Shown here piece after piece: positions 57,731 to 64,000 of a stretch of 64,000 bases of DNA. Numbering within the stretch: position 1 is the stretch's first letter; each line of letters begins with the position of its first letter. Below the pieces are notes generated by a model. That model saw nothing but the letters and a program-made list of their open reading frames with translations, was not told where the DNA came from and ran no database searches. Source of the stretch: Pseudomonadota bacterium (GTDB lineage: Bacteria; Desulfobacterota; Desulfovibrionia; Desulfovibrionales; Desulfovibrionaceae); assembly GCA_023386035.1 (NCBI GenBank), contig JAEWKM010000050.1, positions 67,694 through 131,693 on the forward strand. Direction: 5' to 3'. The translations under genes were made by a program, and so were the position numbers.

Positions 57731-58207
57731 TCAGGATTTGACCACAGGTTGCACCCGCAACACAAGGGCGTCGTCAGGTTCGGCCCCCAGAATGCGCACC
57801 GGGCTGCCTTCTGCAATTTCTTCGTGGGCAACGGCGCGCCAAAAGCTGCCGTCTATGCTGACTTCACCCACTTCGCCGGGGCGAAGAGGCTTGCTGAGGA
57901 TTCCCTGCCTGCCTGTAAGCGGGTGGGGGGCGCAATGCTCTTCATCGTGCCCGTTACAGCTTTCAGAAGCCACATTACGGGCGCGGCCGCCGAAAACCGC
58001 CCGCAAGCGGCGGCGCAGAAAAAGCAGTGTAAGAAGGGAAATGCAGATGAAGGTGATGATCTGCCATGCGAGGTCCATGCCCAGCAGCGCGGCCAGAGCT
58101 GAAGCCCAGGCTCCCACGCCGAAAAAGAGCAGCACCATTGCCGGGGTCATAAGCTCGGCCAGAAAAAAGGCCACACCCACAATAAACCAGAGAAGAGGCG
58201 CGTTCAT
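57731..58207 (-). CDS. NfeD-family membrane protein
   Basis: Three TM helices (LLWFIVGVAFFLAELMTPAMVLLFFGVGAW..) and a C-terminal OB-like region (GEVSIDGSFWRAVA...VRILG). Confidence 0.85.
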   Translation of the reverse strand: MNAPLLWFIVGVAFFLAELMTPAMVLLFFGVGAWASALAALLGMDLAWQIITFICISLLTLLFLRRRLRAVFGGRARNVASESCNGHDEEHCAPHPLTGRQGILSKPLRPGEVGEVSIDGSFWRAVAHEEIAEGSPVRILGAEPDDALVLRVQPVVKS

Positions 58208-58311
58208 GATTGCATCCGTGCGGTCTGCCGTGTGCGCCGGGCCGGACTGCCGCTATTTGGGCGGCGCGGAGGTTTGCCCCTCCGCGCGCACCCTGTGAAA
58301 GCATCGGGCCG

Positions 58312-59259
58312 CTATTGCTGCGGGCCCTCATCAATGTCGATAATACGGCCCTGAAGCCAGATGTAGGCATCAATAGCCTGTCCCACTTCTGGTTCCAGAT
58401 CGCCCAGGACCATCTTTGACGCATAGATGACCAGACGCAAAGGCTCGCGGTTTTCAAACGGAAAAGTGACGAACAAAGCCTTAACAGGCATTTTGTCCAG
58501 CTGGCAGTCCTGTACCTCTTCAATGACGGCACGCATCTGATATTCACAGAAGTTGCGGCCAGGCATAATCATGTGGCGGTCGCTCACATCCACCTGCAGA
58601 GGGGGCACATCCAGGCGGCTCTTGCCGGGGTTGGCTTCAAGCCATTGTTCGGCATAGGCCTCGTACTGCGGTCCCTGCGTGATGGTCATCTGGTCCAGCA
58701 GGGCCTTGCGGATGGCAAAGGCCAGACCAGCAACCAAAAAGGTGTGGGTGACGCCAGGGGTAAGGTCTGTTCTGTCGCGGCCATAAAGCGGGTCAAAGAA
58801 CCACATGGGGTTCTTGCCCTCGATCATGCTGACGGCCACGTTAGCGCCCATGCCGTTTTCCCACAGATGCACGCCTTCGACCATAAGGTCATTGGGCAGG
58901 CCGTCCAGCAGGGGCACAGCGGTAACAGGGGTCAGCTTTTCGCCTTCTTCGCCCATTACCAGCACTGCGGCGCGCAGGGGTTGATCCTGAGGCCATGCCA
59001 TCATGATATGGTCTGTGCTGCCGCGCTTCCACTGCCACGAAGGACGCGTGCCGCCTTCATGCAAAACGGTGCTCACAACCTGGTCCATAATTGCGGCCGG
59101 GTTCTGGCCCGTCAGCACAGCCCAGGCATCGCCCAGAGCTTCAGTGTGCACGCGGTTCTTGCCTTCGGCAGCGGCCTGCGCTTCTTTGTGCGCCTGGGCT
59201 TCGGCAGAATCGTTATTTTCAGCGGTTTCAGGTTCGGTATTTTTGCTTTTTTTGGACAT
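58312..59259 (-). CDS. Hypothetical protein (315 aa), no family recognised
   Basis: Long ORF with host-like codon usage. Charged, disordered N-terminal roughly 45 aa followed by an apparently globular region. No TM. Confidence 0.7.
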   Translation of the reverse strand: MSKKSKNTEPETAENNDSAEAQAHKEAQAAAEGKNRVHTEALGDAWAVLTGQNPAAIMDQVVSTVLHEGGTRPSWQWKRGSTDHIMMAWPQDQPLRAAVLVMGEEGEKLTPVTAVPLLDGLPNDLMVEGVHLWENGMGANVAVSMIEGKNPMWFFDPLYGRDRTDLTPGVTHTFLVAGLAFAIRKALLDQMTITQGPQYEAYAEQWLEANPGKSRLDVPPLQVDVSDRHMIMPGRNFCEYQMRAVIEEVQDCQLDKMPVKALFVTFPFENREPLRLVIYASKMVLGDLEPEVGQAIDAYIWLQGRIIDIDEGPQQ

Positions 59260-59288
59260 GGGAACTTCCTTTACTGCTCTTTCAGCGG

Positions 59289-59319
59289 CCCGGTCAGGCG
59301 TGTAGTGCGCCTGACCGGG
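59289..59319 (-). terminator. Stem-loop downstream of pnp (possible terminator or 3' stabiliser)
   Basis: CCCGGTCAGGCG-tgtagtg-CGCCTGACCGGG. No clear U-tract. Confidence 0.45.
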
Positions 59320-59374
59320 AATGCTTCAACTCAGGCCTCAGCAACGCTGCGCGTTGAGGACGTCCGTCAGGCGT

Positions 59375-61624
59375 TTAGCGCCTGTCGCCACGGCCACCAC
59401 GGTCACGGCCACCACGGTCGCGGTCGCCACGTCCCCTGTCGCCACGGTCACCCCTGTCGCCACGGTCAGTGCGCGGGGGGCGGGCAGTGTCTTCGGGATT
59501 CCAGGGATGGCCCTGTTCTTCCAGCAACACGGCCTTGCGGCTGGCGCGGATGCGGTCGCCATTGATTTCAATGACTTTGACCACCATATCTTCGCCAAGG
59601 CGAGCTACGTCGCCGGGCTGTTCCACGCGGTTCACGTCAAGCTGAGAAACATGCACAAGGGCTTCCACGTTGGGCAGAACTTCAACAATGGCGCCGATTT
59701 CCATGATTTTACGCACCTTGGCAGTGTAGTTCTTGCCAATGTCGGGGCGCTGGTCGTAGTAGGAAACCATTTCACGGGCCTTTTCAAGGGCTTCAGCCGT
59801 GGGGGCGAAGATGGACACGCGGCCCGAATCTTCGATGTCCACAGAAGCGCCAGTGGCCGCAGTGATGGCTTTGATGTTCTTGCCGCCGGGGCCGATGATG
59901 AGGCGGATGATGTCGGGGTTCACAAAAACTTCGGCATGCTGCGGGGCGTAGCGCGAAAGTTCCTTGCGCGGAGAAGCGATGGCCTTGGCCATTTCTTCCA
60001 GAATGTGCATACGGCCCTGGCGGGCTTGCTGCATGGCTGTGCGCATGACTTCAGTGGTAAGGCCCGTAATCTTGATGTCCATCTGCACGCCGGTGATGCC
60101 TTCAGCGGTACCGGCGATCTTGAAGTCCATATCGCCCAGGGCGTCTTCGTCACCAAGAATGTCGGTGAGCACGATGAACTTGTCGCCTTCCTTGATGAGG
60201 CCCATGGCCACACCGGCCACAGGGGAGCTCACAGGCACGCCCGCGTCCATGAGGGAGAGCGAACCGCCGCACACGGCAGCCATAGACGAGGAACCGTTGG
60301 ATTCCATCGTTTCGGACACAACGCGCAGGGTGAAGGGGAATTCCGCGCCGGTGGGCAGCACGGGGCGCAGGGATCTTTCAGCCAGAGCGCCGTGGCCGAT
60401 TTCGCGGCGGGATACACGCACGGGCTTCACTTCACCCACAGAGAAGGGCGGGAAGTTGTAGTGCAGCATAAAGCGCTTGGTCACGTCGCCCGTGAGGGAG
60501 TCCATGCGCTGTTCGTCGGTGGAAGAACCAAGGGTGGCAACAACCAGCGACTTGGTTTCGCCACGGCGGAACAGGGCGGAACCGTGAGCGCGGGGCAGCA
60601 GGCCGGTCTGGATCTGGATGGGGCGCACCGTGGTGGTGTCGCGTCCGTCAATGCGCGTGCCTTCGTTAAGAATGCGGGCGCGCACCAGCTTCTTTTCAAG
60701 ACCGGACAGGATGTCGCCCACAGCCTTGAGAGCAGCTTCGTTTTCAGCCCAGGCGGCGTCGGCCTTGAGGGCTTCCATAACCTTGACTTTCACAGCCTTG
60801 CGGGCGTCTTTGCGGGCCATTTTTTCAGGCACGCGCAGGGCTTCTTCAATGCCATTGGCAAGGGCCAGCTCATGCACGCGGGCCACAAGGGCCGCGTCGT
60901 CTTCGTGCGGGGTGAAGGCCATTTTGGCCTTGCCGCAAAGCTCGCGCAGCTTGTGCTGGGCTTCCACCAGCGGAAGAATCTGCTGGCGGCCCCATTCAAG
61001 GGCTTCAATGATAACTTCTTCGGGCACGAACAGGGCTTCGCCTTCCACCATCGTGAGGGCGTCGCCGGAAGCGGCGAAAACGATGTTGAAATCGCTCAGC
61101 GCCTGCTGTTCGAAGGTGGGGTTGAGCACGAACTGACCGTTGACGCGGCCAATGCGGCCACCGGCCACAGGGCCTTCAAAGGGCAGGGGCGACAGCATGA
61201 TGGCTGCCGAAGCGCCCGTGAGGGCCAGCACGTCGGATTCGTTTTCCTGATCAGCGGAGATAACGCTGGCAAGTACCTGAACGTCTTCGTTCAGGCCCTT
61301 GGGGAAAAGCGGACGGATGGGGCGGTCGATCAGGCGTGAAACCAGGGTTTCACGTTCGGAAGGACGGCCAATTTCACGGCGGAAAAAGCTGCCGGGAATG
61401 CGCCCTGCGGCGTACATTTTTTCGGAGTATTCAACGGTGAGGGGAAAGAAGCCCTTGTCGAATTCCAGGGGCTGGGAGCAGACGGTGACGAGCACCACGG
61501 TGCCGCCGCACTGGATCCAGACTTCGCCGTGAGCCTGATTGGCCATGCGGCCTGTTTCCAGAATAACTTCCTTGCCGCCCACCTGGCAGGTGACGCGGGT
61601 GGGATTGAAAATATCTTGTAACAT
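59375..61624 (-). CDS. pnp: Polyribonucleotide nucleotidyltransferase (PNPase) with an Arg/Gly/Asp-rich C-terminal tail
   Basis: Two RNase PH domains, KH (IGPGGKNIK) and S1 (VEVLPNVEALVHVSQL). The tail is RTDRGDRGDRGDRGRGDRDRGGRDRGGRGDRR. Confidence 0.96.
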   Translation of the reverse strand: MLQDIFNPTRVTCQVGGKEVILETGRMANQAHGEVWIQCGGTVVLVTVCSQPLEFDKGFFPLTVEYSEKMYAAGRIPGSFFRREIGRPSERETLVSRLIDRPIRPLFPKGLNEDVQVLASVISADQENESDVLALTGASAAIMLSPLPFEGPVAGGRIGRVNGQFVLNPTFEQQALSDFNIVFAASGDALTMVEGEALFVPEEVIIEALEWGRQQILPLVEAQHKLRELCGKAKMAFTPHEDDAALVARVHELALANGIEEALRVPEKMARKDARKAVKVKVMEALKADAAWAENEAALKAVGDILSGLEKKLVRARILNEGTRIDGRDTTTVRPIQIQTGLLPRAHGSALFRRGETKSLVVATLGSSTDEQRMDSLTGDVTKRFMLHYNFPPFSVGEVKPVRVSRREIGHGALAERSLRPVLPTGAEFPFTLRVVSETMESNGSSSMAAVCGGSLSLMDAGVPVSSPVAGVAMGLIKEGDKFIVLTDILGDEDALGDMDFKIAGTAEGITGVQMDIKITGLTTEVMRTAMQQARQGRMHILEEMAKAIASPRKELSRYAPQHAEVFVNPDIIRLIIGPGGKNIKAITAATGASVDIEDSGRVSIFAPTAEALEKAREMVSYYDQRPDIGKNYTAKVRKIMEIGAIVEVLPNVEALVHVSQLDVNRVEQPGDVARLGEDMVVKVIEINGDRIRASRKAVLLEEQGHPWNPEDTARPPRTDRGDRGDRGDRGRGDRDRGGRDRGGRGDRR

Positions 61625-61750
61625 GCAGATTTCCTTTGCATAGGCGAAGGGGATTCCGGCAAAAGCGGGCAGAGCCGCGTGTCCCTGCCTGATTTTCCCG
61701 GACCCCCCTTCTCGCGTTGCGCCCCATCGGGGGCTTTGAGTTTATAAGTG

Positions 61751-61781
61751 GCAAGGGGGAAGCCTCAGGCCCCCCCCTTGC
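61751..61781 (-). terminator. rpsO terminator/attenuator hairpin in the rpsO-pnp spacer
   Basis: GCAAGGGGG-...-CCCCCTTGC immediately downstream of rpsO on the minus strand. A second hairpin, GCCCC-atc-GGGGC, lies at about 61719-61732. Confidence 0.6.
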
Positions 61782-61792
61782 AGCCAAAAGCC

Positions 61793-62062
61793 TTACTTGC
61801 GCAGGCCGAGCTTTTCGATCAATGCGCGATAGCGCTGAACGTCCGTCTTCTTCAGGTAGTTCAGAATGTTGCGGCGACGGCCAACAAGCTTCAGCAGACC
61901 CGTGCGGGAGTGAAAGTCCTTCTTGTGCTCTTTGAAGTGACCGGTGAGGTCTTCAATACGGGCAGTAAGCAGGGCAACCTGCACTTCGGGGGATCCGGTG
62001 TCGCCTTCGTGTTTGGCGTGGGCGTCAATAACCGCTTTCTTCTGATTTACATCCATTACCAC
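61793..62062 (-). CDS. rpsO: 30S ribosomal protein S15
   Basis: 89 aa. [43 protein letters not shown]. Confidence 0.97.
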   Translation of the reverse strand: MVMDVNQKKAVIDAHAKHEGDTGSPEVQVALLTARIEDLTGHFKEHKKDFHSRTGLLKLVGRRRNILNYLKKTDVQRYRALIEKLGLRK

Positions 62063-62105
62063 AGCAATTCTCCTTGAGTAAGGCTGTTACGGGCGTTGAA
62101 CGCCC

Positions 62106-63152
62106 TTAGTTCCAAAGTCCCCGCAATACGGCCCAACAAGGCCCGGCAGCTGTGGCTTCGCGTTGTGCAAGAGCCAGGGCATGGCCCTGTTCCATCAAAA
62201 ACGCGAGGTCTTCACCGTTGCCGGTATCAGCCTGTGACGCACGGCAAGGCACTGCCATGCCGTTACGCACGCGAGCGGCTTCTTCCGGCGTAAGATCCAC
62301 CCTGGGCCAGTGGGGCAGCGCATCCGCAACCGGAATAACGCAGCCTGGCAACAGGGAGGGATCAGCCGTGAAGTCCGCTGGCTCGCGGGCCACATCAAGG
62401 CCGAAGGGGTGACTGTACTCTCGAGTCAGTTCCGTGAGCACGGCTCCGCAACCAAGGCGACTCCCCAAGCTGTGGGCCAGGGAGCGTATATAGGTGCCGG
62501 AACTGCATGCGACCCGAAAGCGCACAAGCGGCAAGCTTATTTCAAGCACGTCCGCCTGTGAAATTTCCATACGTTTGATCTTTTGCGGGGCATCAAGCCC
62601 CTTGCGGGCCAGTTTGTACAAAGGCTGGCCCTCATGTTTTGCGGCGGAATAGGACGGAACAGGCTGTTCCGTCAGGTCAAGCCATGCCGAAACTTCACGC
62701 CTCACGTCTTCTTCGCTGATATGCTGCCAGGGAGCCTCATCAAGCACCCGGCCCTCGATGTCCCAGGTGTCGGTGGTTTGTCCAAGGCGCAATTCACCGC
62801 TGTAAACCTTGCCGCCTCCGGCCAGAAGGTGCCCGGAAAGCTTGGTGGCCTGCCCCAGCAATACCAACAGCACGCCGGAAGCCAGTGGGTCCAGCGTGCC
62901 GGCATGGCCGATCTTTTTCTGCCCGAGCCGTTTAATGGCTGTGAGGCAGCGGGCCGAGGTGGGCCCGGAAGGCTTGTTAAGCACGAGCACGCCGTGCTGC
63001 TGCGGCAGTGCGGCGTAAACTTTGCCATTGGGCTCCGGCATGGAGTTGCCGGGCCCTGAACCCAGGGCGCTTTCCGGTGTGTCGGAAGGCGAATCCTGAA
63101 GATCCTGAGGGGGGCAGAGTTGTACTAATGTATCTTTTTTAACCATACGCAA
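62106..63152 (-). CDS. truB: tRNA pseudouridine(55) synthase TruB (start uncertain; possible N-terminal extension)
   Basis: GVLVLNKPSGPTSARCL and KIGHAGTLDPLASGVLLVLLG (catalytic Asp), plus a PUA-like C-terminus. Candidate starts at 63152 (TTG), 63146 and 63041. Confidence 0.9.
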   Translation of the reverse strand: MRMVKKDTLVQLCPPQDLQDSPSDTPESALGSGPGNSMPEPNGKVYAALPQQHGVLVLNKPSGPTSARCLTAIKRLGQKKIGHAGTLDPLASGVLLVLLGQATKLSGHLLAGGGKVYSGELRLGQTTDTWDIEGRVLDEAPWQHISEEDVRREVSAWLDLTEQPVPSYSAAKHEGQPLYKLARKGLDAPQKIKRMEISQADVLEISLPLVRFRVACSSGTYIRSLAHSLGSRLGCGAVLTELTREYSHPFGLDVAREPADFTADPSLLPGCVIPVADALPHWPRVDLTPEEAARVRNGMAVPCRASQADTGNGEDLAFLMEQGHALALAQREATAAGPCWAVLRGLWN

Positions 63153-63210
63153 GGAGGAACCATATCCTCAGCTGTGCTATAAGTCAAAAGTTATGGCTCG
63201 CAATACCGGG

Positions 63211-64000
63211 TTATTTTGGTTTGGCGCGGCTTTTTGTCTGTTTTTTTTCCTGTGGAGCAGGCTTTGTGCTTTGCGCCTTTTTTCCGGCATCCGCTTTCTG
63301 GCTGTTCAGGTAGAGGCTGATGTGACGCAGCAGTTCCTGTCCCGCTTTTTCAAGGGGCATGCGCAGGGTGCCTCCCGCAGCGTTAAAGTGTCCGCCGCCG
63401 CTCATTGCCGCGGCAATGGAGCGAACGTCTATGTCGCCGTAAGAGCGCAGGCTGAACTTGCACAGCTGGGGGCTGTCTTCACGCAGCATTGCCGCAACCT
63501 TGACGTCACGCAGACGGCGCAGCTGTTCCACAAAGCCTTCCAGGTCTTCCTTGAGGGCCTGACAGCTGCGAATATCTTCCAGGCTCACCTGGCAGAAGCC
63601 CACCTGCCCTTCCTGCTCAACGCGGGATTTCTCCATAAGCAGACCCCATAGACGCCAACGGCCAAGGCTCCAGCTATTGTCCAGCTGTTCGCGCAGCCAT
63701 GAGAGCTTGCAACCGTTTTCTACCAGGTGCGAGGCCAAAGCCAGAACCGCCGCGCTGGTATTGCCGTGGCAGAAGCCGCCTGTGTCTGTTATCAGGCCCA
63801 GGGCCACAGCCAGCGCCAGGTCGCCAGTGAGGGGCAGGTCTGCCGCCATTGACAGGTAGGCGACAAGCTGGGCCGTAGCCGCTGCCTCAGTGGCTACCCA
63901 GTTGGCTCTGTTGCCCATACCGTCGCCGCCAAGGTGATGGTCAATGTTCACGCTATCAAGATACGGCAGCAGTTCTGCCAGTTCGGAACCAAGGCGGTCA
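63211..64000 (-). CDS. DHH-family phosphoesterase (NrnA-like), 5' end outside window
   Basis: The reading frame stays open to the window edge. NIDHHLGG (DHH motif) and GGGH in the DHHA1 region. Canonical position upstream of truB. Confidence 0.85.
   Translation of the reverse strand, partial: DRLGSELAELLPYLDSVNIDHHLGGDGMGNRANWVATEAAATAQLVAYLSMAADLPLTGDLALAVALGLITDTGGFCHGNTSAAVLALASHLVENGCKLSWLREQLDNSWSLGRWRLWGLLMEKSRVEQEGQVGFCQVSLEDIRSCQALKEDLEGFVEQLRRLRDVKVAAMLREDSPQLCKFSLRSYGDIDVRSIAAAMSGGGHFNAAGGTLRMPLEKAGQELLRHISLYLNSQKADAGKKAQSTKPAPQEKKQTKSRAKPK

Noticed and set aside
59380-59470. Short tandem DNA repeats that could suggest a CRISPR or VNTR locus.
   Set aside because: The units are about 9-12 nt, imperfect, in-frame, and encode the RGD-rich PNPase tail. 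There is no repeat-spacer organisation.

Overview
GC-rich chromosomal segment that reads like the replication-origin neighbourhood of a Desulfovibrio-type bacterium. That assignment is an inference from gene content, the reduced ccm cluster and a CXXXY CcmE. Layout: parB (partial, +), then a minus-strand housekeeping block (rsmB, DUF116, fmt, def, aspS, hisS, purF, a TPR lipoprotein, gyrA, gyrB, dnaN, dnaA). Next comes an oriC candidate with DnaA boxes and a 67-nt, roughly 90% A+T tract at about 19.0-19.3 kb. After it: an M23 peptidase, a small ORF, larB and a sigma54 activator with a degenerate receiver. An accessory-looking sigma54-controlled locus follows: a frameshifted RraA-like gene, dctA, a split UxaA/SuyAB-like lyase and a divergent GAF-type sigma54 activator. 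Then ppiD, glmS, a Cache-GGDEF cyclase, cls, a 1853-aa 7TM-DISM sensor protein with a very long disordered region, and TPR proteins. The rest is a reduced cytochrome c maturation cluster (ccmE-F-A-B-C-D plus a TPR protein), an HxlR/NAD(P)H-oxidoreductase pair, ppk1-ppx, nfeD/SPFH, a hypothetical protein, pnp, rpsO, truB and a partial DHH phosphoesterase. I saw no rRNA, tRNA, CRISPR array, IS element or prophage. The observations most worth follow-up are the giant sensor, whose kinase and receiver modules look catalytically degenerate, and the possible sulfolactate sulfo-lyase-like operon behind a clear -24/-12 promoter. Also notable are a MITE-like repeat family (GAGCATTT..ACTTTGAAA) scattered through intergenic regions, and several unusually long, structured spacers. 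All domain calls come from reading the translations by eye. No searches were run.
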